Virus record (IMG/VR): IMGVR_UViG_3300033463_000025
Coordinates: 79,759 to 143,758 of that record
Source: a virus
Taxonomy: Duplodnaviria > Caudoviricetes
Reading direction: 5' to 3' (one strand)
DNA length: 64,000 nucleotides
The notes beneath the pieces were generated by a model. It had not been told where the DNA came from. It worked only from the letters and a program-made list of their open reading frames with translations, and ran no database searches. The translations under genes and the position numbers were made by a program. Below, in pieces: positions 38,200 through 47,787 of the stretch. Each line of letters starts with the position of its first letter. Position 1 is the first letter of the stretch.

Positions 38200-39303
38200 A
38201 GCTAATCTCCTTTGCTTTGGCTCCCGTCGTGGGAGGCGGTTTGTTGTGCTTTCGACACCATTATCTTAGCACGAGCCGCGCCCAGATGTCAAGCTAAATT
38301 TTGCAAAATCCTGATTTTTTGCTTATATTCGTGCAATTTGAACAGTTGACACGGTTTATTTTTGCGGTCTTTTGTGCAATATTCACAAAGCCTCTTTCGT
38401 CAATTTGCACAATTAGCAGGTAGGTTATTTGTGCAGTTTGCTATCTGTCATCGCCCTGGTGCCTGAGCGCGAACACGGGCGTAAATTTGCTATTAGTTTT
38501 ATTATAATAACATAATTTGCACAAAAATTTTGGTCTGTCGCAAGCCCTGGTGAAGTCGTCAAAGTACGAAAAACGGTACTCTGAAAAGCGAGAAAATGTG
38601 AAGATTTTTCACCAAAACGAACCAGACGAAAAAAGACAGGAGAGCTATTTAAAATTTATTTTAAATAGCTCAACTTCGGTGGATGTGAAAATTTTTCACC
38701 ACTTCCCGAAGCAAAAAATCTTGATTTTTCAAAATCAAGAAATTCTGATGAAATCCCTGTTTTATTACCTACGGTAATAACTCTCGGTAACTGAAGGTTT
38801 TGCAAAAGGCTACAGTTACCACGGAATTATGACGGTTAGCTTTAGCTAACCGCTCACGAACCAACCTACGACGGGGGTAGGTTTACATCTCCAACCTTTC
38901 TTCTACCCTTAAACCTCTTAATAGGAGCTATCCCCTAAACTCCCAAAAATTCACTTCTCTCCGATTCTCTTTTCCTTATTCCTCACTATCCCAAAAAATG
39001 ATAGGTTGCAACTTAAAAACGAAGCCACAAACCGAATAAAAATAACCTACCGTAAAAATGGCAGGTTGATTTTTCTCATCGGCTGATGCTCGGCAAAGCC
39101 GTAAAATACAGGTCGAAGGTTTATTCTTTTAGCTTATACCCTTAATTTAACTTGCAAGCTGTAAAAGTCTGATATAATTATACGCCCGAAAATTGAGTAA
39201 TCGGGCTTAATTTTTTACCTCGTGTTTCTTGTGGTTTGGAATAGGATTGCCAGCTTTTTGATTCAAATTCAGCTCGAATTTGCAAAATTGAATTTCCGAA
39301 GTG

Positions 39304-39567
39304 GACGTACCTATTATCAACTTTAGTTAATTATTATATTAGTTAATAATCTCAAGTTGATAATAGGTTATATAGTATATGATTATATTAGATATAATAA
39401 TTAACTAATAAGGTATTCTATTATAATATATTATATATACCTATATATATGTCATTTTTGGCGTGAGTTTGTACGCAAGTTTGGCGTGTTTTTGTTTTCA
39501 GAAATACGCAACTTTTTATAAAATATTTTTATTATACTATTGACATTTGCTGTAATTGTGATATAAT
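39304..39567 (+). repeat. right copy of long inverted repeat, including RNAP promoter
   Basis: See left copy. Dyad arms 39309-39322 and 39355-39368; TTGACA(39540)-16-TATAAT with extended TG. Confidence 0.9.
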
Positions 39568-39720
39568 ATTAGTGGAGGAACGTCTACTTTTTCTCCCTGT
39601 GGCTTCTGTGCCACATTTATTTTGAGTTATAACATATTTTTATTGAACAATAAAGTTTTGTTATTATGTGCTGTTGGCACATCTGTAAAGAACGAAAGAA
39701 CGAATGGAGGTGGATAGCCG

Positions 39721-42519
39721 TTGGAACAGAAGGCGAGCTTAAAGCTGATTTATAAATTGCACACTTCTCAATTAAAGAAGGCTAAGTGGAATTTGACCCT
39801 ACCCCTTACTGTTGCTATGCGTGACTATCCTGAGAACGTGGTATCAATAAGCGATAGCCAACTGCTTCGCTTTATTGACGAACTTAATGGAGTAGTAGAC
39901 TATGACGTTAAAGTTAAGTCGCTTCAGAACAGAATTAAGCGTGAAAAGAAAAGAGCTAAGACCGCTACGGACTTAGCCAAATGCAGAGCGAACATTAGAA
40001 GTTTGTATGAACAGCTCTATTCTTTGCAATTCCAACCTGACTATCTCTGTGTGGTGATGGATAAACCAAAGGACTACGATAAGGCTGAACTCGGATTTAA
40101 AGTAAACGGCATTTCATATAAGCGTTTTCTCGGAACGAACGGCGGAGTTAAAAAGCGTACTATCACCTACGTTAATGTGAAATTGTATGATGAGCTTAAA
40201 CGGCGAATGGATAACGGACGAAATATGAATGTCCCTCTTGTACCTGCAAAGCTCGAAGCCTATCAAGGCTTGCTGTGTTCTGGCTCTACCCCTATTCCTG
40301 AACCTGCTGGCATTATTGTTGTTAAAGATTGCATCACGCATTTCAAAGATAACGTGATAATGATTAATGACGAACAGGCAGGCGACCCCGTTTTAACTAA
40401 GGTTGACGGTTACGAGGTCGAACACAATGATTCTGACGGATATGGTTTAATGCTCCCATCTTATTCTCGTAAGGTCAATAAATATCTTACTGGCGTTGAC
40501 GACACCATATCGGGTATGAATACTCGATACGCATGGACTAAGGGCATGGTTTACACCTTCGACTTTGTTGAGTTTGCGGAACAGGTTGCAGACACATACG
40601 AGATTGTTGACGTTTGGGGAACAAAGCGTGACGTTCGTAATGCGGAGGTCATACTTACGGAATCCATGCTCAAGCTGTGGGATAGTTATGATAGCTGGGA
40701 GGACTTCTACCGTAACTGTCAAGAAAACCATTACCAATTCTCTACTCCAAAGATAACGCCTGATAAATTAGAGAACGTTCGCAATACAAATTATCAATTC
40801 CTTCAAAGCTATGAATTTACGGACGAGGAACTTCAAGAACTTTGCAAACCAACGATTGACGAGATTGCTGACGTATTAGGACTTGACTATCGCAAGAGCT
40901 TAACATTTCTTGCTGGCTTTGGTCTTAATATCAATAACGTTATGTGTGGTGAACTTGACCCTTGCATTAAAGCGTTGATGATTGACCGCCGTTTGATTAA
41001 TGACTCTTATATTCGCCACAAGATTTGGAACATGATAATGAAGCGTATAGAAATGGCAAAACGCGGCGCAATTAAGATTGACGCTAACTTTGCTATGATT
41101 TCTGGCGACCCCTATGCTTTGGCACAAAGTATGTTTGGGATTGAAATTACTGGTCTGCTTAAAGCTGGGGAACTTTATCACAAGTATTGGATTGATAAGG
41201 GCGCAACAGAGCTTGCTTGTTTCCGCGCTCCGATGACGTGTCACAATAACGTTCGCAAACTGCGTTTGGCAAATACGGAACAGATGGCGCATTGGTATCA
41301 ATATATCAAGACGGCTATTATTCTTAATGCGTGGGACACTACTTGCGACGCTATGAACGGTTCGGACAAGGACGGCGATACAAACATGGACACGGATAAT
41401 CCCATAATCTTGAAGCGCACAAGAAATGACCCTACTATCATTTGCGTCCAACGTAAGGCTGAAAAGAAAATCGTAGAAGAGTGTGACTTTATTTCTGCGA
41501 ACAAACTTGCCTTTAATGACGACATTGGTACGGTTACGAATTATGTGACCTCGATGTTTGAAGTCAGAGCAGGATTTGAAAAAGGAACACTTGAGTACGA
41601 AGAACTTACATACCGCATTATGTGTGGGCAACTCCTTCAGCAAAATTGTATTGACCGCGCAAAAGGAATTATTGCAAAGTCTATGCCTGAGTATTGGTAC
41701 AGTATAAGAGATAATCTGCCTAAAGACGGTGACGATGCAGATACTTTGAAGCGCAAAGAATTTGACCTTAGAATATCTGCGGCTCATAAACCCTATTTTA
41801 TGACCTATGTATATCCTCGACTGAGAACACGCAATCGGCAGTATATGTCTAACAATGACTATGGTGCTGTTATGCGCTTTGGCGAATACGGTATAGACTC
41901 CATTAGTGACTTATATTCTTATTCGCCCAAGACTCCTGAAATGGTTGATTATTTGTACCACTACGAGGATAACGTAACTGTGGGATATAACCCTTGTGTG
42001 GTAAACCGTATCTGCTGGATATTTGAAAAGCGTTTTAATAACTACCTTCGTAAAGAACCGCCTGCGGCTCACTTTGATTCTAACTCTTTGAAAAGCGGAG
42101 AGCAGTATAGCCGCGCTAATTATGATTCTATTTTGAAGTTGCACAAAGAATATCAGAATCGAATAATCAATATTCAAAGCAACGCATCAGCCGAGAAAGA
42201 CGATAATGACCTGTCTGTTCGTATGCAGTTTGATATTTTGGCAAGAGAGTTTAGACGCGAGTGTGAACAAATCTGTCCTAATGAAAATGAGCTTTGCGAT
42301 ATTATTATCGACATTTGCTATTCCAAAGAAGGCTCAAAACAATTCGTATGGGATATGTGTGGAGAAACTATCGTGACAAACTTACTTAAAAAGTTTGATG
42401 GAATTTACCACTATCCCCAACATACTGACGATGATGAATACGACTTTACATACTGCGGTGAACGTTTTGTGATGGTTGAAGGTAAGATGGAGGATGACGA
42501 TGAGAATTATATTGAATGA
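39721..42519 (+). CDS. YonO-like single-subunit RNA polymerase (cellular RdRP-related)
   Basis: DSDGYG, KGMV, FRAP, catalytic MNGSDKDGD, IGTVTN and QNCIDRAKG; directly before the late genes. Confidence 0.85.
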   Translation: MEQKASLKLIYKLHTSQLKKAKWNLTLPLTVAMRDYPENVVSISDSQLLRFIDELNGVVDYDVKVKSLQNRIKREKKRAKTATDLAKCRANIRSLYEQLYSLQFQPDYLCVVMDKPKDYDKAELGFKVNGISYKRFLGTNGGVKKRTITYVNVKLYDELKRRMDNGRNMNVPLVPAKLEAYQGLLCSGSTPIPEPAGIIVVKDCITHFKDNVIMINDEQAGDPVLTKVDGYEVEHNDSDGYGLMLPSYSRKVNKYLTGVDDTISGMNTRYAWTKGMVYTFDFVEFAEQVADTYEIVDVWGTKRDVRNAEVILTESMLKLWDSYDSWEDFYRNCQENHYQFSTPKITPDKLENVRNTNYQFLQSYEFTDEELQELCKPTIDEIADVLGLDYRKSLTFLAGFGLNINNVMCGELDPCIKALMIDRRLINDSYIRHKIWNMIMKRIEMAKRGAIKIDANFAMISGDPYALAQSMFGIEITGLLKAGELYHKYWIDKGATELACFRAPMTCHNNVRKLRLANTEQMAHWYQYIKTAIILNAWDTTCDAMNGSDKDGDTNMDTDNPIILKRTRNDPTIICVQRKAEKKIVEECDFISANKLAFNDDIGTVTNYVTSMFEVRAGFEKGTLEYEELTYRIMCGQLLQQNCIDRAKGIIAKSMPEYWYSIRDNLPKDGDDADTLKRKEFDLRISAAHKPYFMTYVYPRLRTRNRQYMSNNDYGAVMRFGEYGIDSISDLYSYSPKTPEMVDYLYHYEDNVTVGYNPCVVNRICWIFEKRFNNYLRKEPPAAHFDSNSLKSGEQYSRANYDSILKLHKEYQNRIINIQSNASAEKDDNDLSVRMQFDILAREFRRECEQICPNENELCDIIIDICYSKEGSKQFVWDMCGETIVTNLLKKFDGIYHYPQHTDDDEYDFTYCGERFVMVEGKMEDDDENYIE

Positions 42520-43363
42520 GAAATCTTTTGCTGAAGAATGTATTGAAAATAAGACGCTGGGCGAAAAACCATACTACACGCTCGGTGTGTTAGCAAAGTA
42601 TTATTATAAATATCACAACTTACGCAAGGTTAAGATTATTAAGACGCTCACAGCTTTTATAGAGAATTACTATCCCCCATATCACTATTCAAAAGCTATG
42701 TGGGATGAATCCATTGAACGAATTGCAAAACACGCTGGCAAATATCCCCTCTATGAGATTGATGGCGTATGGGTAACAGACAAAGAACTTGCAAAGATAG
42801 ATGAGCTTCCTAATAAGGTGTTGCGTAGATTAGCCTTTACCCTACTTTGTCTTGCAAAGCTCAATCATATTCGTACATATAGTAATCACGGTTGGGTCAA
42901 TCAAGATGCAAAAATCATTTTTGAGTTGGCGCGAATTGACTGCCCAAAGATTGAACGCTATCGAAAGCTGGGAGAGCTTCGTCAGCTCGGTTATCTTGAA
43001 TTACCAAAGGCAAATGATAACTTGAGCGTGAGAGTGACCTACATGGACGAAGATGCAAAAGACGGTTTATTTATTTCAGACTTTCGTGAACTCGGCTATG
43101 AGTATATGAAACTAAAAGGCGTTAATCTTATTCGATGCGCTGAATGTGGTGTGCTTACTCGTGGCAATAAGAACGGCACAAGAAAGTATTGTAAGAATTG
43201 TGCAACATATAAACCAAAGGATTATAAGACCGTTACTTGTATTGACTGCGGAAAAACCTTTAATGTATTAGGCAATAATCGGCGTACAAAGAGATGTTCA
43301 GACTGTCAAAACAGTGCAAACAAAGAGAAAAAGCGTGTATGGAAACAGCAGAATAATTCTTGA
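42500..43363 (+). CDS. hypothetical protein with C-terminal zinc ribbons
   Basis: CAEC/CKNC/CIDC/CSDC; overlaps the RNAP stop. Confidence 0.8.
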   Translation: MRIILNEKSFAEECIENKTLGEKPYYTLGVLAKYYYKYHNLRKVKIIKTLTAFIENYYPPYHYSKAMWDESIERIAKHAGKYPLYEIDGVWVTDKELAKIDELPNKVLRRLAFTLLCLAKLNHIRTYSNHGWVNQDAKIIFELARIDCPKIERYRKLGELRQLGYLELPKANDNLSVRVTYMDEDAKDGLFISDFRELGYEYMKLKGVNLIRCAECGVLTRGNKNGTRKYCKNCATYKPKDYKTVTCIDCGKTFNVLGNNRRTKRCSDCQNSANKEKKRVWKQQNNS

Positions 43364-43645
43364 GTAGAAATTTATATTTTGAGATGGCTATTTTTATTTG
43401 TGCATTTTGCATAACGATTGTTCCCATATTTAGGGCATTTTCAACAACGTTATACTATATGTAGAAAAAATACCCCCTTTCTAATATGAAGGGAATAATA
43501 ATAAATAAAATCCCTTGTTGTTCTCATTTCTTTATTCTTTCTCTTTTTTTTTCTTTGTGAAGGGTAGCTGGTGTGGCAATAGTTGCATCAGCTACGACAC
43601 TAATTATAAATTGAATTGTATCATCACAGTGATACGATTATATAT

Positions 43646-43721
43646 CGCGGGATGGAGCAGAGGTAGCTCGTCAGGTTCATGTCCTGAAGGTCGTGTGGTT
43701 CAAGTCCCACTCCCGCCTCCA
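43646..43721 (+). tRNA. tRNA-Met(CAT), initiator-like
   Basis: CGCGGGA...TCCCGCC-T-CCA with a C1:C72 mismatch; TCAGG-TTCATGT-CCTGA anticodon arm. Confidence 0.85.
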
Positions 43722-43804
43722 ATAATACAATACCCTTTGCGGGTCATATAAATCTCGCCATTATTGGCGATAAACTAAGTCAAATATAAAAATTAATTAA
43801 GGAT

Positions 43805-43981
43805 GTGTTCATTATCAAACAGATTACTAAGGAAGAAATGAAGAAGTTAATTGAGAACGGTTACATTTACAATACAGCAAGAGGCTTTAAAGACAGCCGT
43901 GGTAGAGAAGTTGGTTTTCGTAATACTCGCAATAAGAAATTCATTGATGATAAGTTTGCGAATATTGCAAAACAATTATGA
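43805..43981 (+). CDS. small hypothetical protein
   Basis: 58-aa ORF below the track cut-off (KQITKEEMKKLIENG...). Confidence 0.5.
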   Translation: MFIIKQITKEEMKKLIENGYIYNTARGFKDSRGREVGFRNTRNKKFIDDKFANIAKQL

Positions 43982-43989
43982 GGTGTTAA

Positions 43990-44601
43990 ATGATTTTTGA
44001 TGATTATTCTGTTGCATATAGTCTCACGTTAAGTGATAAGTATGAGATTGAGGACGTTGAAAACCGTAGACTTCGTTTGAACGATACAGTTGACGATGGG
44101 GTATTAGATACTATTGCCTATCTCATTCTTAGATATAATCGCTTAGACGAGAATATTGAGCCGCAGGAACGCCAGCCGATTATTCTTTATATCAATTCCG
44201 ATGGTGGTGAAACATCAGCGGGATTCGGTTTGATTGATATTATTCTCAACAGTAAAACTCCTATATATACTGTTAATCTTGCTAAAAGCCATTCTATGGC
44301 TTGCTTAATCTTCTTAGCTGGTGATAAGCGATATGCTCTTAGTCATTCTACGTTCTTACTTCACGATGGTAGTGCTGGGCTTTTTAGCTCGGTTGGTAAG
44401 ATGCAGAATTTTATGGACTTTATCAAAAACCATCTTGAGAAAGAAACGAAAGATTTTGTACTGTTAAGAAGTAAGATTAGTGATGAAGAATACGATAAGA
44501 AATATTATAACGATTGGTGGTTTTCAGCCCAAGAGGGAAAAGATATTGGTGTAGTTGATTATATCATAGGCGAAGATTGTCCTATGTCCGATGTTGTGTA
44601 A
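43990..44601 (+). CDS. clpP: ClpP-family protease
   Basis: PIILYINSDGG, AKSHSMA, STFLLHD, DWWFSAQE..GVVD. Confidence 0.85.
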   Translation: MIFDDYSVAYSLTLSDKYEIEDVENRRLRLNDTVDDGVLDTIAYLILRYNRLDENIEPQERQPIILYINSDGGETSAGFGLIDIILNSKTPIYTVNLAKSHSMACLIFLAGDKRYALSHSTFLLHDGSAGLFSSVGKMQNFMDFIKNHLEKETKDFVLLRSKISDEEYDKKYYNDWWFSAQEGKDIGVVDYIIGEDCPMSDVV

Positions 44602-44635
44602 GCCTCCATATTGTGAAATTAGGGAGGAAGAATTT

Positions 44636-45868
44636 GTGATTGATGCGAATGATTATTTATTTACACAGCTAAAAGACGGAGAGACAGAGCTTGAATACTT
44701 ATGGCGATTAGGACAAGCTAAAGATAATGGATTAATCAATATTGATTGGAACGATGTCGCTGACCTTATCAATAAGGCTTTTCGGAGCGACGAGAGCGAA
44801 TACCGCACAGAGGCTTCCTATCGCAAACCTTATCAGCAGGCGAATCGTTTTTATCTTGCTGGAATATTTAACAAGTTTTCTGAAGAAGAATACTTGAAGT
44901 GGCTTGAGGACGCTAAATACGAGATACGCAAAGAAAAGTATCAAATGCACGATGAACGTGTAGCTCGGAATCGTATTGAGCGTGAAGAAGCTCGGCGTAT
45001 ATCAATGGTTGACATTGTGAAAAGTGCCATTGATACATACAAGCCTATTAACTTTGACTATACGCCAAATCACGTTAAGGACAGTGATAAAGATTTAATC
45101 ATTCACTTAACAGATATTCATTATGGCGTTGATATAGATACACCACTTAACAAATGTAATTCAGATATAATTGCTGATAGATTAAAACTATTCCTTGATG
45201 AAATTGCTGATGCTGTGGAGCTGTATAAGCCACAGAAAGCATATCTCATTATTGGCGGCGACCTTATTCAAGGATTGATACACCTTAATGCGCGATTAGA
45301 AGCTAAGGAACATATTGTAGACCAAATAATTCACGTTTCGGATTTAGTAAGCAACTTTATATTTGAATTAAGCAAGATGTTTCAATCTGTCGAGGTTCAT
45401 TCTACCGCTGGCAATCATTCACGAGTAACAGAAAGCAAGGAACATACTTCGCATGGCGAAAACTTTGATATGCTTGTGCCGTACACTTGCAAGAAAGATT
45501 TGAAAAATGTCGAGAATGTTCATTTTGTAGATAACTACCTTGACTACGATATTGCAAACTTCACTGTGCGCGGTTGGAACGTTTATGCAACTCACGGCGA
45601 CAAAGACACACAAAAGTCTGTAGTTTACAATATGACAAAGTTTGCTCGTAAGGCAAGACTGCCATTACCTGATATGTGCTATCTTGGACACAGACATAAA
45701 AACGGATATGACACAGTAGATGACGTTAAGGTTATCGAATCGGGTTGTGTTGACGGCATGGATAACTATGCGATTTCAAAACGATTAGTTGGTATGCCAG
45801 AACAGACGATAACTGTTGTGACAGAACAAAACAGAATAAAAGCACTTATTGATGTGCAACTATATTAA
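44636..45868 (+). CDS. calcineurin-like metallophosphoesterase
   Basis: TDIHYG, GGDL, AGNH, THGD, GHRH. Confidence 0.88.
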   Translation: MIDANDYLFTQLKDGETELEYLWRLGQAKDNGLINIDWNDVADLINKAFRSDESEYRTEASYRKPYQQANRFYLAGIFNKFSEEEYLKWLEDAKYEIRKEKYQMHDERVARNRIEREEARRISMVDIVKSAIDTYKPINFDYTPNHVKDSDKDLIIHLTDIHYGVDIDTPLNKCNSDIIADRLKLFLDEIADAVELYKPQKAYLIIGGDLIQGLIHLNARLEAKEHIVDQIIHVSDLVSNFIFELSKMFQSVEVHSTAGNHSRVTESKEHTSHGENFDMLVPYTCKKDLKNVENVHFVDNYLDYDIANFTVRGWNVYATHGDKDTQKSVVYNMTKFARKARLPLPDMCYLGHRHKNGYDTVDDVKVIESGCVDGMDNYAISKRLVGMPEQTITVVTEQNRIKALIDVQLY

Positions 45869-45957
45869 GTAACAGACCCCAGCAAGCCTCTTGACAATGC
45901 TCAAACTGCTGGGGTTTTTTATATTTATTATGAAAGAATAAAGGGGATAAGTTCAAT

Positions 45958-46245
45958 ATGACAAAGAAAGAAATGATTGACCGTATTGCCATTTCGACCT
46001 TCTTACCAAAAGACGATTGTGAAAGGGTAATTGACGGTTTTATAGATGAGGTTATTAATTCTTTACTTAATGATGACAAAATCGTGATTAAGGGATTTAT
46101 GACTATGGAGACAGGACGACTTGCCGAAAGAAAGATTTACAATCCAAACAAAGGCAAGCTGACTATTGCACCAGCCAAAAAGACGGTGCATTGTAAGATG
46201 AGCAAAAGTATAATTGATATTTTGAATAAAGAGGATGAGGATTAA
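45958..46245 (+). CDS. HU/IHF-like DNA-binding protein
   Basis: MTKKEMI..IKGF..ERKIYNP..IAPAKK. Confidence 0.85.
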   Translation: MTKKEMIDRIAISTFLPKDDCERVIDGFIDEVINSLLNDDKIVIKGFMTMETGRLAERKIYNPNKGKLTIAPAKKTVHCKMSKSIIDILNKEDED

Positions 46246-46247
46246 GA

Positions 46248-46754
46248 ATGACTGTATTACAAATACGCCAGATTGAAACACTGGCTGAATATATGATTGC
46301 GGGAGCGCGAAATGGTAAGTATATCGTTTCCGTGCTTTTCTATTATGAAGCGATAGATTTAATGCGAGAGCTTATGCGATACAAGGAGATTGTTCCTGTA
46401 TCATTTGAAATCACTGAGCCTGAATGTAAAGGCTATGACGGTGAATATTATGTGTCGCTTTATGGTTATGATAACGAATATGATGATAGCATTTATCTCA
46501 GTGTTGAGCCAGTGTTTTACAAAGGCAAAATGCTCAAGGCAGAAGCGGAAGTGACTTTAATTGACGGCGATGCTCGTAGTTCAATTCTTAAAGACGTTCC
46601 CGATGATTCTTGCCTGCAATTAGATTTTGACGCATATAAGGAAGAGTGTGAAAACATAACAAGCAAGAGTGACGCAAAAGACCCATACGGAGCTTGTATA
46701 ATGCTATTCAAGTGTAATGACAATGATATACAAAGTATTAAAGAATTATTTTAA
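46248..46754 (+). CDS. hypothetical protein
   Basis: ORF with RBS. Confidence 0.7.
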   Translation: MTVLQIRQIETLAEYMIAGARNGKYIVSVLFYYEAIDLMRELMRYKEIVPVSFEITEPECKGYDGEYYVSLYGYDNEYDDSIYLSVEPVFYKGKMLKAEAEVTLIDGDARSSILKDVPDDSCLQLDFDAYKEECENITSKSDAKDPYGACIMLFKCNDNDIQSIKELF

Positions 46755-46821
46755 TTAGTTGAAAATGAATTTAGGCTTTTGCCTTTCGGTTTTAGTTGAG
46801 AATTAAAGGGAGGTGCTTAGT

Positions 46822-47787
46822 ATGGCAAAAAAGAAAAATAATTCTACTCAAGATGAAAATGAAGTAAGTTGTTCGTGTTATCATTGTGGAATAGAATTGG
46901 AACAAGATAGATTCCATACATCAAACAGCACTTTCTTTGAGGGCTTGGGTTATCTGCCAGTTTGTAAAGATTGTTTACAGAGAATCTTTAGCCATTACAT
47001 TATAAAATACGGTGATACAAAGCGAGCCATACAGCGTGTCTGCATGGCTTTTGATTTATATTATGACGAGCGAATTTTCAAAAGCACTGATACTGGACAG
47101 CCCGATATGCTGGGGGCGTACATTAAACAATGTAATATGGTTCAGTATAGAGGAAAGACTTTTGATACATCGTTGGAAAAAGGATTTTTATTTGCCGATG
47201 AAAAGACAGCCGAGGCAGTCGAAACAGCTATTGAAGAGTCGCCAATTATTGACGAGCCTGATAATGATATTGGTATTGATAGTAAGGACGATAGCGGCGG
47301 TAAGGTTAAACAGGTTGACATCAAACGATGGGGCGACGATTTTGACCCCATAGATTATACTACGTTAAATAGTCAGTACAAGCTATTGAAACAAGCAAAT
47401 CCAAAATGTGATAGCAACCAAGAGAACGGTATTATTGATTTATGCTACATTCAAATGTTAAAGATGAAAGCATTACGAGAAGGCAACATTAGCGACTTTA
47501 ATAAATTATCGGAAAACTACCGTAAAACATTTTCTCAGCTCGGTTTGAAAGTTGGCGAAGAGGAAGAAAAGAACGAAAACGACACTTGGGGAACTCTTGT
47601 ACAACAAGTCGAGCAATATGTTCCCGCTGAAATTTATGTCAATCAAAAGCTGTATAAGGACATTGATGATTTAGATTATTATGGAAGATTTGTAGGTCGT
47701 CCACGAGATAATATTCTTCAGAAAACTACGGAGCGTGACCCAGAATATTACGTCCACGAGGAAGACGGTGATATTGATGTTGACTGA
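46822..47787 (+). CDS. probable terminase small subunit
   Basis: Zn motif CYHC..CKDC; overlaps the large terminase start (positional call). Confidence 0.55.
   Translation: MAKKKNNSTQDENEVSCSCYHCGIELEQDRFHTSNSTFFEGLGYLPVCKDCLQRIFSHYIIKYGDTKRAIQRVCMAFDLYYDERIFKSTDTGQPDMLGAYIKQCNMVQYRGKTFDTSLEKGFLFADEKTAEAVETAIEESPIIDEPDNDIGIDSKDDSGGKVKQVDIKRWGDDFDPIDYTTLNSQYKLLKQANPKCDSNQENGIIDLCYIQMLKMKALREGNISDFNKLSENYRKTFSQLGLKVGEEEEKNENDTWGTLVQQVEQYVPAEIYVNQKLYKDIDDLDYYGRFVGRPRDNILQKTTERDPEYYVHEEDGDIDVD

Larger units (their letters stand above)
16009..38292 (-). promoter_or_regulatory. array of at least 15 consensus or near-consensus sigmaA promoters with a shared upstream ATATTAAAAA element and GTCAAAAGAC leader
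   Basis: -10/-35 pairs near 16009, 20230, 22247, 23530, 24215, 26010, 27735, 29227, 30490, 31688, 32715, 33327, 33971, 34804, 35670, 36911 and 38262. Confidence 0.88.

Noticed and set aside
16060-38300. CRISPR array or integron attC cassettes
   Set aside because: Repeats are degenerate and irregularly spaced, no cas gene or attC-type GTTRRRY structure was seen, and each unit has its own promoter.
38372-38701. Rex boxes (TTGTGAA-N4-TTCACAA)
   Set aside because: Spacing is off by one base in each candidate.
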